Shown piece by piece: positions 8,580 to 18,099 of a stretch of 32,898 nucleotides of DNA. The notes beneath the pieces were generated by a model, which did not search any database, was not told the DNA's origin, and was given only the letters and a program-made list of their open reading frames with translations. Numbering within the stretch: the first letter of the stretch is position 1; the number at the start of each line of letters is the position of its first letter. The translations under genes and the position numbers were made by a program. The stretch spans positions 1-32,898 of the forward strand of contig JBAMMJ010000152.1 in NCBI GenBank assembly GCA_039793825.1, read 5' to 3'. The stretch comes from Verrucomicrobiota bacterium. GTDB lineage: Bacteria; Verrucomicrobiota; Verrucomicrobiia; Limisphaerales; JAKPVM01.

Positions 8580-9617
8580 TCACTTTATATGGCTGTGCGC
8601 TTCTTTGTGTTTAGCAAGTGCGATTTCGTAGATTGATTTTAATTTTAATGCCACATTGTGCCAATTATAATCCTCCGACAACGGAACTACCACCCCATTA
8701 TCCCAGTGTTTTTTAATAGCTATGGCTACAGATTCTATGTTCTGACCCGCAGTTAAAGGAAGTTTATTAAATGGCGGTTCCTGTGTGTAGGAGGCTTTTA
8801 AAAGCAAAATCGGACGCCTTGCCGCCATTGCCTGAAGGACGCTCAACGGTTGTGTCTCGTTTGAACTCAACAACACAAATAATCTGCACGCGGCGTAAGC
8901 AGAGGCAAGGAGAGGATTTTCATTTGTAAGATTCTTTATCCATCTTCCCCCAAAAGAGGTGTTGATTTTTTGTTCCTGTTCAACCTTGATTCCATATTCC
9001 TGCCAACCCGGCAGTTCCTGTCCTATCAATACAACAGGCAGTTTGACTCGGTTCGCCGCTTGAAGCAAAAGCAGTTGATTTTTCCTCGGTTGAATTGCGC
9101 CCACGCAAAGTATGAATGGTTCCTTGCCGAATGTTTGGTGCCATGCATCTGGAGTTGCGTTGAAATAGTTTTTATGAACTCCATTTGGAACAATATGTAT
9201 TTTTGACCAGTCAATCCTGTGGATTAAATGCAGAGCGCGGGCGTCAGATTCAGTTATAGTTATTAACGCGGCTGCGTTGAGAATTGCATCCTGACGCGTC
9301 CGCAACCGCATTATTTCAGATTTCATCCATCTCCGCGCAAGCGCAAGACAAAGCTTGAGTTTATTTGTTTCACACCCAAACAACATTGTAATTACATACG
9401 GACGCCCGGCGGATTTTACCAATTCCATCACCCGCGCCATATATGGTGGAAAACCGATGAAATGGTAAATGTCGGCAATCTGCGTATTCTCTGACCAGTT
9501 AAATAGGCTTACATCAACACCGATTTCTTTTAAAGCCGTGTAGGTTTCGGCAGCCTGAACCTGAAGACCGCCGCTCATCAAACTCACTGGATATTCGGGA
9601 ACTATACAAACCCTCAT
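8580..9617 (-). CDS. Glycosyltransferase, GT-B fold (GT4 / Glycos_transf_1-like)
   Basis: The N-terminus MRVCIVPEYP...SGGLQVQA is typical of GT4 enzymes. The C-terminal region NETQPLSVLQAMAARRPIL corresponds to the EX7E region, with Gln replacing the second Glu. Confidence 0.75.
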   Translation of the reverse strand: MRVCIVPEYPVSLMSGGLQVQAAETYTALKEIGVDVSLFNWSENTQIADIYHFIGFPPYMARVMELVKSAGRPYVITMLFGCETNKLKLCLALARRWMKSEIMRLRTRQDAILNAAALITITESDARALHLIHRIDWSKIHIVPNGVHKNYFNATPDAWHQTFGKEPFILCVGAIQPRKNQLLLLQAANRVKLPVVLIGQELPGWQEYGIKVEQEQKINTSFGGRWIKNLTNENPLLASAYAACRLFVLLSSNETQPLSVLQAMAARRPILLLKASYTQEPPFNKLPLTAGQNIESVAIAIKKHWDNGVVVPLSEDYNWHNVALKLKSIYEIALAKHKEAHSHIK

Positions 9618-9685
9618 AAACTATAAATATTATAACCAATAAATAATTTTTTACATTATATTAAACAATGCATTGATTGGTTAAA

Positions 9686-10495
9686 TTATATCTTTCTGGC
9701 AATAACGCAAAGATGATTTCCCAGAGCTGGAAAAATCAAAGAACTTAGCTTTAGAACTGAGCGAATAAACCGTCTGGTTAAAGATATATCGGCTTTATTC
9801 TGAAACTCCATTAAATAACCAGCTTTATCTATGGCAAATCCGCACATTTGTAACAGATATTTAAATTCCCGCAGGGTATATTCGTGCCAGTGGTAAAAAA
9901 AACAGGTGCGACCCATTTCTTTTTCGTAATTCTCATATTTTAGAAATTCATCAATATGTTCAATCTGGCCGCGCCCGCTCAACAAGTTAAACAATGAATC
10001 TGCTGAAGCCCTGTTAGGCACTGTAAGCAGAATGAGACCGTTTGGTTTTAAAATCCGTTTTAACTCTTTCACAAAAGGGACGGGATTGAAATTGAAGTGC
10101 TCAATTGTTTCCCAGCAAATTATGGTATCAAACCGGGCATCGTCATAAGGTAAATGCCTTTTTGAAGTTAGCGGATTCCCAAACTCTAATCCGAGGTCTA
10201 TGATCCTGAAAGGGATTTTGCGTTTTTCATAAACCTTTAACATTGGCTGGATGCCGGGTTCATCTCCCTCAAGCACCTCGTATACATCGGCATTCTCTCT
10301 TAAAATGAATGGGGTGTATGAATAAAGCGGTCCGATTTCAAGCGTGGTACCGAGCCGTCTGCCAAAAGTATTAAACCAAAGATGTGTTTTATATAACCTT
10401 TTTGAATGGAGCAGAAAATAACCGTGATGAGATTCTATTACCCCAGCCTCGCGAGCTATAGATTCGGCTATTTTTTTAAACTGTTCAAATGTCAT
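9686..10495 (-). CDS. Class I SAM-dependent methyltransferase fold protein with a degenerate motif I
   Basis: Motif II/III-like segments are FDTIICWETIEHF and LKPNGLILLTVPN. Motif I is only LEIGPLYSY. The track start is a TTG at 10501, and I prefer the ATG at 10495 (MTFEQF). Confidence 0.65.
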   Translation of the reverse strand: MTFEQFKKIAESIAREAGVIESHHGYFLLHSKRLYKTHLWFNTFGRRLGTTLEIGPLYSYTPFILRENADVYEVLEGDEPGIQPMLKVYEKRKIPFRIIDLGLEFGNPLTSKRHLPYDDARFDTIICWETIEHFNFNPVPFVKELKRILKPNGLILLTVPNRASADSLFNLLSGRGQIEHIDEFLKYENYEKEMGRTCFFYHWHEYTLREFKYLLQMCGFAIDKAGYLMEFQNKADISLTRRFIRSVLKLSSLIFPALGNHLCVIARKI

Positions 10496-10565
10496 AAGCA
10501 ATATATATGCCGGGTCTTCAAAGTCGTTGTAAAAGCGATTAAGGTTTTACATTTAACAAATACTT

Positions 10566-11357
10566 TTACAGCTTCTGGAAAACCCTGTTGTGACCTGTAT
10601 GAAATATTTCTGTAAATTCATTTTTGGAGAGCTCATCCGCGACTTTTGATGGGCCGGGGTGTCCTGCAGTGGCAAATCTTGGCGGGCGATAATCTGTATA
10701 AAGAGCGGAATCGTCAAGCACAATAACTCCTCCCTGCCTGAGTGCGCGACTGCACACCTGCCAATCCTGCAAAACCACATTGTAATCGTGATTGCCATCA
10801 ATGTATATCAGGTCCCATTGTTTGCTCTGGATAAACTCCACCGCCTCGGGCTGAGTTGAATAACACCTGCAGACTTCGGGCATAGGTAGGTTAAACCGCT
10901 CGTGGTTTTTCTTCGTATCTTCAAAATAATCAATGCCGTTTTTATAACTGCTAACCGAGTCGCCCGCTGCTGAAAACGGAGACACGCAGGAGATTGAACA
11001 GTCAAATTTTGCCAATCTGCTGATTAACTTCCATAGTGTGATTGTTTGTCCCCTATAAACGCCAATTTCAAGCGCAGTTTTCGGTTTCAGCTGGAGCAAT
11101 AACAAATACCACATTGCGTGAAAGGCGTCTTCGCCAAAACCGCGATTTTCTTCAACAAAATATCGCCTGTGCTCCTTTAATATTTCTGGCAAAAAATGTC
11201 TGAAATAAAAATCACAATAAATATATTGTTCTGTTCTGTTCAGTCCGAGTTCTCTTAATTCACTCAACGTCATTGGACGCAAGACGTTAAATGGCATCCT
11301 GTAATAATGCCACCTGCGACTTATCTCATTTAATAATTTTGTTCTGATTCCCAACAT
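10566..11357 (-). CDS. Class I SAM-dependent methyltransferase (Methyltransf_24-like)
   Basis: The segments ALEIGVYRGQTITLW and WDLIYIDGNHDYNVVLQDWQVCSRALRQGGVIVLDD match this methyltransferase family. The gene starts at an ATG. Confidence 0.7.
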   Translation of the reverse strand: MLGIRTKLLNEISRRWHYYRMPFNVLRPMTLSELRELGLNRTEQYIYCDFYFRHFLPEILKEHRRYFVEENRGFGEDAFHAMWYLLLLQLKPKTALEIGVYRGQTITLWKLISRLAKFDCSISCVSPFSAAGDSVSSYKNGIDYFEDTKKNHERFNLPMPEVCRCYSTQPEAVEFIQSKQWDLIYIDGNHDYNVVLQDWQVCSRALRQGGVIVLDDSALYTDYRPPRFATAGHPGPSKVADELSKNEFTEIFHTGHNRVFQKL

Positions 11358-11387
11358 TATTATAGGTGGAAACTTAACAAATATAAT

Positions 11388-12653
11388 TCACAATGCCAAT
11401 ATATTCCCGAGCGCCTCTGATGAGTGGTATTTCAAAATAACCGACTCGTATCGGCTTATTGTCTCTGGATTATCAAATTTATGGATATCTCTCAAAGCAG
11501 AACTCAATTGTAATTTATCAGTCACAACAATATCCAGTTGATTTTCAATGAAATATCGCGGCAAAGAAGCGTAGTCCGGTCCATAAACAAAAAGTGGTCT
11601 TCCAATTTTTATCGTCTCGGCAAGCCTGCTTGGAAATGAGGTTGAAACCATTGTTCTTAAATCGGATCTAAATGTATAGGGCATAAATATCGCCAGACTT
11701 TCACCCATTATTTTACGACATTGCTCTGAGTCGGCTCTATGCAGAAAAATGTAATCTGTCGGTTCACCTAATTCTCGGAATACCACCTCAGGCTCTGTAT
11801 AGCTCATAATCACGAGCCGGGTCGGAGTCCATTCAATGCCATAGTTAGAGATTTTTTGTTTTGAATTATGCAATTTAATACTCTTCCTGTTCAATGAACG
11901 AATCTGGTCAATCAAAACCCGTATTTCCTCTACATAAAGCGGGTTAACAGCTCCAAAATACGATATGGGTCTTTCAATGTTACTGGTGAGTGGTTTATAC
12001 TTTAATCCCTGTTCGGCAGTTAAAATAGGGATTGGCAACCATTGGCAATTTTTTAAGCCGAGTTTTTTCTGAATATGCTCGGCAAAACCTTTACTTATAG
12101 TAAAAACACGGTCTGCTTTGGGTAAAATCTTTCGCTCCCAATCGGCGACGGTTTTTGCGAAATCCTCCATTCCGTTCAATATAGCGGAGGATTCAAAGTC
12201 GTCCACAAGATAAAGGTCCACCGGCAGTTTTGAATATCGTCTAACAAATTCTACAACCCAGAGAAAAAACGGGTCAGCACCGCAACAGGCAAATATCCTT
12301 TTTGCGCCGCTGTTTATTATTTCATCAGCCGCGCGCCTGATCCATATTTGAAACAGAGAAATCTCGGCATAAGATTTTATTCTGGAGAGAAATCGGAATG
12401 AAGGGAGTAAACTCAAATCAGGATAAAATAAAGTTTTGCAATGTAAAGAATCCCTAATTTTACTCAATGAAACAGAACGCCGCATTCGCCTTGTTATCAC
12501 AATGCGGATATGCTGTTTTAAGGCTGAAATAAGATTAAACGAAAGAACATGGCAACCGTGACCGCCGTCAAGATAAGGTGGAGCATCCGTCAAAAAGGCG
12601 ATCGGCTCAACCCGTTTACCTGTTGAAATATTATTTGCTTTCAATTCAGTCAT
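11388..12653 (-). CDS. Hypothetical protein, probable GT-B fold glycosyltransferase
   Basis: The N-terminal segment LDGGHGCHVLSFNLISALKQH fits a Gly-rich loop plus helix. FTISKGFAEHI follows. The C-terminal segment STSFPSRLAETIKIGRPLFVYGP resembles the S-FPSKL-x-E...G-PV region of WcaI/WbuB-type GT4 enzymes. The similarity is weak. Confidence 0.45.
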   Translation of the reverse strand: MTELKANNISTGKRVEPIAFLTDAPPYLDGGHGCHVLSFNLISALKQHIRIVITRRMRRSVSLSKIRDSLHCKTLFYPDLSLLPSFRFLSRIKSYAEISLFQIWIRRAADEIINSGAKRIFACCGADPFFLWVVEFVRRYSKLPVDLYLVDDFESSAILNGMEDFAKTVADWERKILPKADRVFTISKGFAEHIQKKLGLKNCQWLPIPILTAEQGLKYKPLTSNIERPISYFGAVNPLYVEEIRVLIDQIRSLNRKSIKLHNSKQKISNYGIEWTPTRLVIMSYTEPEVVFRELGEPTDYIFLHRADSEQCRKIMGESLAIFMPYTFRSDLRTMVSTSFPSRLAETIKIGRPLFVYGPDYASLPRYFIENQLDIVVTDKLQLSSALRDIHKFDNPETISRYESVILKYHSSEALGNILAL

Positions 12654-12712
12654 CTGGCAGGGTATCAGCTGAATACTTCTTTCGTTTTGTCATTATCAAT
12701 CTCTAATTTTAA

Positions 12713-13423
12713 CTATTTATCTGCAAAAACAAATATTGAAGGAGAAAAATACTGAATTTGTTCTCTCGTAGCGGCTCTGATCAGCCATTTTAACAGGGCT
12801 TGTGCAAGGCGCATCAGCGGCAATTTAATCCACCTGCAACACTCTAATGAAGCAAAAGATTCGTCGTAAAAACTTACTTTTGAGAATCCTGAAATCCGTA
12901 AAAGAGCAGCCATAGCGACTGTCGTATATGCCCATTGATGAGTCAAATCGTTAAACAGGTTTCGTCCTACAAAAGGGCTATCTCCGTTTGGCATACGCAT
13001 AATCAACCGTCCATCCTTTTTTAAAACCCGTGAGGAGTGCCGTAAAAATTTCATTGCGGACTCTTTTGAAAGGTGCTCTATAAAATCTATTGCTACCACA
13101 CACTGAAAAGAATCGTCTGGATACGATTCAAGGTCTACTATAGAGTCGGCTTGTTTCACATTAAGTCCATTAGCCTGAGCGAGTTTGATCTGATTTTCTG
13201 AAAAATCGCTTCCTGAAATATTGGTATAACCGAGAGATTTTAAAAAAAGAAGAAAAGCCCCCGGACCACAGCCGGCTTCATAAATAGCGGCGTTTTTGTT
13301 TTTCGGTAACTGTCCTGCAAGAATGCGTTTCCAGGCGCTGCTCATAGAATTGGTCAATCTAATAACATCCTCAGGCGACATAACGCCGCGACCCTGATTT
13401 TGGAAATTGTAATATGAGTCCAT
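12713..13423 (-). CDS. Class I SAM-dependent methyltransferase
   Basis: Motif I is canonical (IYEAGCGPGAFLLFL). FQCVVAIDFIEHL and LKKDGRLIMRMPN are also present. The track start is a TTG at 13468, and I prefer the ATG at 13423 (MDSYYNF). Confidence 0.75.
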   Translation of the reverse strand: MDSYYNFQNQGRGVMSPEDVIRLTNSMSSAWKRILAGQLPKNKNAAIYEAGCGPGAFLLFLKSLGYTNISGSDFSENQIKLAQANGLNVKQADSIVDLESYPDDSFQCVVAIDFIEHLSKESAMKFLRHSSRVLKKDGRLIMRMPNGDSPFVGRNLFNDLTHQWAYTTVAMAALLRISGFSKVSFYDESFASLECCRWIKLPLMRLAQALLKWLIRAATREQIQYFSPSIFVFADK

Positions 13424-13665
13424 TTGTATTCTATCTGTTATATTTGAACATATTGTTAAATTTGGCAATTAACAAAACGCATCATAACCCGATATGTTCT
13501 TTGAATGAGCAGTATAAAATTATTTCATTTAAAACCTTTGAGTGGTGAAATTTCAAATAGTTGAAACAAGAAAAAATAAAGGTTAGGATTTAGTCTGTGC
13601 GTTCAGTGGCAAACTAATTAAAAAATTGCCTGAGATGGCAGGAAAAGCCTAAAATTAGCGCAAGT

Positions 13666-14745
13666 ATGGCTGATAGCGCAAATATGGAAGTTAATGAAAC
13701 GTTCGTTAGAACGGGCGAACAGCTACAATTGAGAGAAAAGGCAATTAAAGCCTTTAAAATAATGGTTCTTGCCCGCATTTATGAGGAAAAGATGGCGGCG
13801 ATGTATAAGGCTGGAAAGATAAGTGGCGGTGTTTTTATCGGGCGCGGGCAGGAGGCGCTGAGTGTTGCTTGCGGGCTTACACTGCGGAAGGGGGACATTT
13901 TTGCGCCATTGATTCGCGATGCTGCCGGGAGACTTGCATTTGGACAGCCGCTATTGGATGGAATCCGAACTTATCTCGGTTCAGTTCTTGGTCCGATGCG
14001 CGGGCGCGACGGAAATGTCCATTACGGTCGTCCGAAGGAAGGTATTCTGGCGATGATAAGTCATTTGGGGGCTATGATTTCGGTTGTAAATGGGTGTTTG
14101 ATGGCAAAACGAATGAAAGGGGAAAGCGGTTTCATTGGCATTGCATCTGTGGGGGACGGCGCCACATCCACCGGCTCGTTTCATGAAGGCGTTAATCAAG
14201 CTGCGGTGGAACGGCTACCGCTACTGCTTGTTATTGCAAATAACCAATACGCTTATTCAACACCGACATCGCGTCAGTTTGCCTGCCGGGACCTTGTTGA
14301 CAGGGCAATCGGCTATGGGATTCGTGGACATTCGGTTGATGGAACGAACCTGCTTGAATGTCTTGAGGTGCTGGAGCGAGCTGCCTTGCTCGCCCGAAAC
14401 GGGGATGGACCTCAAATGGTTGTGGCAAAGTTGTTACGGCTATCCGGACACGGCGAGCACGACGACGCATCGTATGTTGATCCCAAGTTAAAAGAATCGC
14501 CGCTGGGTCGCGATTGTAATATTGTGGCTGAAGAAATCCTTATTGGCAAAAACTGGGCAACAAAAGATGAAATTAATCTATGGAAAAAGCAGGCTTCGGT
14601 AGAGGTGGATACGCTTATTGAACAGGTTTCTAAAGAACCTGTCCCGAACCCAAACAAAGAAGATTGGTGCGCTATATCGTCTAAAAATTTAATGGACACC
14701 TACTTAAATAGCGGGATTTTGAACAATGAGCATCACTTATCTTGA
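13666..14745 (+). CDS. Thiamine-diphosphate-dependent 2-oxoacid dehydrogenase E1 component, alpha subunit
   Basis: The TPP-binding motif is GDGATSTGSFHEGVNQAAVERLPLLLVIANNQYA. The phosphorylation-loop-like segment RLSGHGEHDDASY is present. The gene overlaps the E1 beta gene by 20 nt. Confidence 0.9.
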   Translation: MADSANMEVNETFVRTGEQLQLREKAIKAFKIMVLARIYEEKMAAMYKAGKISGGVFIGRGQEALSVACGLTLRKGDIFAPLIRDAAGRLAFGQPLLDGIRTYLGSVLGPMRGRDGNVHYGRPKEGILAMISHLGAMISVVNGCLMAKRMKGESGFIGIASVGDGATSTGSFHEGVNQAAVERLPLLLVIANNQYAYSTPTSRQFACRDLVDRAIGYGIRGHSVDGTNLLECLEVLERAALLARNGDGPQMVVAKLLRLSGHGEHDDASYVDPKLKESPLGRDCNIVAEEILIGKNWATKDEINLWKKQASVEVDTLIEQVSKEPVPNPNKEDWCAISSKNLMDTYLNSGILNNEHHLS

Positions 14746-15691
14746 AGCTATACGCGCCGCTCAGGAGCGCATACTTGCTGAGAATCCGACTGTCTTTATT
14801 TACGGTCAGGATGTTGGGGCATTTGGTGGGGCGTTTAAGGCGACAAAAAATCTGGCAAAACTGTTTCCGGGCAGAGTGATTGACGCTCCGATTAGCGAGG
14901 ATGCAATTGTCGGAGCGGCAATCGGTGCGGCTATTCAGGGGATGCGTCCAATCATTGAAATGCAATTTGCCGATTTTTCCACAACCGGGCTTAACCAGAT
15001 TGTGAATCATGCGGCGACGTTATTCTGGAGAACAAATGTTCCCTGCCCTATCGTAATTCGTCTGCCTTCAGGGGGAACACTCGGTAGCGGTCCGTTTCAT
15101 AGCCAGTCTCTTGAATCCATTTATGCGCATAATCCAGGGCTGATTGTAGTTACTCCAGCAACAGTGGAGGATGCCTACTGGATGCTAATTGAAGCTGTTA
15201 GAATTGATGACCCGGTAATTTTTTGCGAACATAAATATCTGTATTATCATTTAAAGGCTGACGCTATTTCTGATAACAATCTCCCTATTGGGAAGGCTCG
15301 GATAGCGAGGGTTGGAAGAGATTTGACTATTGTAACTTATAGCGCAATGCTGCACGAATCTCTGGCAGTTGCAAACGAACTTACTACTGAAGGAATTGAG
15401 ATTGAAGTGGTTGACCTGCGTTCGGTTAAACCGATTGATACTGACACTGTGATTGCATCCGTAGCCCGGACCGGGAGGCTATTGGTCGTTGGAGAAAGCT
15501 GGCCGTTTGGCGGCGTTTGCGCGGAGGTGATAACGCGTGTTTGCAGCGAGGGACTTAATCTTCTTGATGCTCCGCCGCAAAGACTAAACTCCAAAGATAC
15601 ACCGATTCCTTATCATCCAAATCTTTGGGGAGCGCACCGACCAACAGCGCATAGCATTATGGCTGCAGTGAGAAATTTGCTAAGTATGTGA
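14726..15691 (+). CDS. 2-oxoacid dehydrogenase E1 component, beta subunit
   Basis: The protein reads ITYLEAIRAAQERILAENPTVFIYGQDVGAFGGAFKATKNL...VIDAPISEDAIVGAAIGAAIQGMRPIIEMQFADF, which is typical of the transketolase-like pyrimidine-binding domain. Confidence 0.92.
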   Translation: MSITYLEAIRAAQERILAENPTVFIYGQDVGAFGGAFKATKNLAKLFPGRVIDAPISEDAIVGAAIGAAIQGMRPIIEMQFADFSTTGLNQIVNHAATLFWRTNVPCPIVIRLPSGGTLGSGPFHSQSLESIYAHNPGLIVVTPATVEDAYWMLIEAVRIDDPVIFCEHKYLYYHLKADAISDNNLPIGKARIARVGRDLTIVTYSAMLHESLAVANELTTEGIEIEVVDLRSVKPIDTDTVIASVARTGRLLVVGESWPFGGVCAEVITRVCSEGLNLLDAPPQRLNSKDTPIPYHPNLWGAHRPTAHSIMAAVRNLLSM

Positions 15692-15780
15692 AATATATCA
15701 ATCAACGGGCGCCAACTGCTATTGGCAAATTTAAAAATTAAGTTTTTATGCGTATTAAATCCTGAATAATATGAGAATAT

Positions 15781-17025
15781 ATGGCACAGAAAATACCGAT
15801 AATAATGCCGCAGCTTGGCGAATCTATTGCTGAGGCAACAATTGTAAATTTTCTTGCAAATGCGGGCGAACCTGTCCAACCAGGGCAGGAAATACTTGAG
15901 GTTGAAACGAACAAGGCCACGATGGCGGTTACAAGCCCATGCAGGGGGGTATTGTCAGAATGGCTTGTAAAAATTAGCGAGAGTTATCCCGTCGGCGCCA
16001 TACTCGGCTACATTGACGCAGAAGTTGAGGTTAAAAACGTGGTAACACCTTCTGGTGGCGAAGTGTCAACGATTACCCAATTGGAAGAAGAACCGCGCTT
16101 GCAAAATCTTAAAGCAAGCGAAAAATCGCAACAGGAATGTCCGAAAATCCAAGCCCTGCCACAGCAACAAGGGGTTTATCCCACAGTACGCGGACTCCCT
16201 GTACCGGCGCCTGTGCTTGGAGCTTCCTATATGTCACCGAGATTAAAGGCGCGAATGCACGAGCTGGGATTAAATATTGCCGACCTTGCGGGGGTCAAAG
16301 GCAGCGGCGCAGGGGGAAGGATTACTATTGAAGATTTTGAACGATACATCGCTTACATAGAAAAACAGAAACAGACAAAGGCATCTTCAATGCGAGTTGC
16401 GGTTGCCGATGCAATGCGTCGGAGCTGGACGCGTCCGCTTGCCACTGTCGGTTTATACGCAAACCTTGACAGAGTCCTTGAGCACCGAAAAAATCTGTCT
16501 CCAAAGCCCGGTCCATCGCTTTACGGTTTGCGCGCCCTTGCCATTGCGCTTGCCGAGAATAGTGCCCCGGCCGGTCGGCTTATCGGTAATGTGATTGTTC
16601 ATCCGCCTGCAATTGATATCGGAATAGCGGTAGAAGCCGAAGACGGAGTTCTTGTTCCGGTAATTAGAAATGCCGACAAAAAAAGCCTTAAAGAATTGGT
16701 GCCGATATATAATGAATTAATAACACTCGCTCGCCAGCGTAGATTGCCGCCTGAAGCCACCGGCGGCTCAATAGCAACAATATCAAATTACGGAACATTT
16801 GGACTTGTCTGGGCTACACCTATACCACTCCCTGAACAGACGCTTGTGCTCGGGCTTGGCGCAGGCGTTGTGTCGCCAGTTTGGAACGAAGAAACAAAGC
16901 AATTTGTTCCCGCAACGTTGGCTTGCCTTACATTGAGTTTTGACCATCGTGTACTTGATGGTGGCGCCGCCGGAAGGCTTCTCAACCGCGTTTCTGAATT
17001 GTTAAACAAACCAGAATCTTTGTGA
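15781..17025 (+). CDS. Dihydrolipoamide acyltransferase (E2 component)
   Basis: The lipoyl domain contains EVETNKATMAV. A peripheral-subunit-binding domain is present (SPRLKARMHELGLNIADLAGVKGSGAGGRITIEDF). The catalytic motif is SFDHRVLDGGAAGRLL. Confidence 0.92.
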   Translation: MAQKIPIIMPQLGESIAEATIVNFLANAGEPVQPGQEILEVETNKATMAVTSPCRGVLSEWLVKISESYPVGAILGYIDAEVEVKNVVTPSGGEVSTITQLEEEPRLQNLKASEKSQQECPKIQALPQQQGVYPTVRGLPVPAPVLGASYMSPRLKARMHELGLNIADLAGVKGSGAGGRITIEDFERYIAYIEKQKQTKASSMRVAVADAMRRSWTRPLATVGLYANLDRVLEHRKNLSPKPGPSLYGLRALAIALAENSAPAGRLIGNVIVHPPAIDIGIAVEAEDGVLVPVIRNADKKSLKELVPIYNELITLARQRRLPPEATGGSIATISNYGTFGLVWATPIPLPEQTLVLGLGAGVVSPVWNEETKQFVPATLACLTLSFDHRVLDGGAAGRLLNRVSELLNKPESL

Positions 17026-17078
17026 TTAAATTCAAGCGAGAAAACCTCTCGCGCATTCATTGAGAAACACCTATTGTT

Positions 17079-17927
17079 ATGAAATTTGGCGCCCATACAT
17101 CAATAGCAGGAGGGATTTTTAACGCCTTACGGCGCGGCGCATCAATAGGTTGCGAGGTAATTCAAATGTTCGTTAAAAACAATATGCAATGGTCCGGACG
17201 CTACTATACAAAAAGCGAAATAGAACTTTTTAAAAAAGAATTTAATAAACATCAATTTCATACTGTTTTTGGTCATACCGGTTACCTGATAAACATTGCC
17301 GCTCCAACATCGTCGGCAACAAGAGATAAATCTATTCATTCACTTCTGTTTGAGATTGAACTTGCAGATTCTATCGGCTTGCCATTTCTCGTTTTGCACC
17401 CGGGTGCTCATCTTGGACAGGGCGAAGAAAAAGGGATTGAACAATCTGCTTTAGCATTAAACACCGTCATTAAGGAAACCGAAGGGAAACGAGTCAAAAT
17501 TGCCATTGAAGTTACGGCTGGTCAGGGGACCTGCATCGGACACAGGCTTGAACATATAGCTGAAATTTTCAATCGCGTAAACGATTCAAAACGACTCGGT
17601 GTTTGCCTTGATACGGCTCATCTATTTCAGGCAGGTTATGATATTACAACCCCCGATAATTGGGACAAAATACTTACTAAAATTGACTCACTCGTCGGCA
17701 TTAATAACCTGCTTGCTATTCACCTGAATGATTCAAAAACAGACTTTGGTTCGCGAGTAGACCGCCACGAGGGCATCGGTAAAGGCAAAATAGGTTTAAA
17801 GGCTTTTAAACATATTGTAAACGACCCGCGTTTATCCGAAATTCCTGGCTGCCTTGAAACCCCAAAATCGCCTGACCTCCACGAAGATGTAGAAAATTTA
17901 AGAATATTAAAAAGCCTTATAAAATAA
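17079..17927 (+). CDS. nfo: Deoxyribonuclease IV (endonuclease IV)
   Basis: The protein reads MKFGAHTSIAGG...LVLHPGAH...CLDTAHLFQAGYD...IHLNDSK...DRHEGIGKGKIG. These are the hallmark metal-ligand segments of the Nfo family. Confidence 0.93.
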   Translation: MKFGAHTSIAGGIFNALRRGASIGCEVIQMFVKNNMQWSGRYYTKSEIELFKKEFNKHQFHTVFGHTGYLINIAAPTSSATRDKSIHSLLFEIELADSIGLPFLVLHPGAHLGQGEEKGIEQSALALNTVIKETEGKRVKIAIEVTAGQGTCIGHRLEHIAEIFNRVNDSKRLGVCLDTAHLFQAGYDITTPDNWDKILTKIDSLVGINNLLAIHLNDSKTDFGSRVDRHEGIGKGKIGLKAFKHIVNDPRLSEIPGCLETPKSPDLHEDVENLRILKSLIK

Positions 17928-18099
17928 AACTTCAGATAAGTTGGAATTGACTTGAAATTTTAAACTTCTAAAATGCCAATCTATATTCACAACTTCATAA
18001 ATTTTATCTTAAACTGAAATTGAATTTGATTTCTCAATCAGGCTTTACTTATTTCATTCGCATACTTGTTTTTAATGTATAAAAGGTATAGATTTAATT

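Noticed and set aside
13600-13665. A CTGAGA-containing hairpin (TGCCtgagaTGGCA) upstream of the TPP-dependent E1alpha gene, considered as a possible TPP riboswitch.
   Set aside because: Only the short CUGAGA string is present. The conserved ACCUGAUCUGGAUAAUGCCAGCG-type pyrimidine-sensor helix and the overall length of about 100 nt are absent. In addition, TPP riboswitches control thiamine synthesis and transport genes, not TPP-using enzymes.
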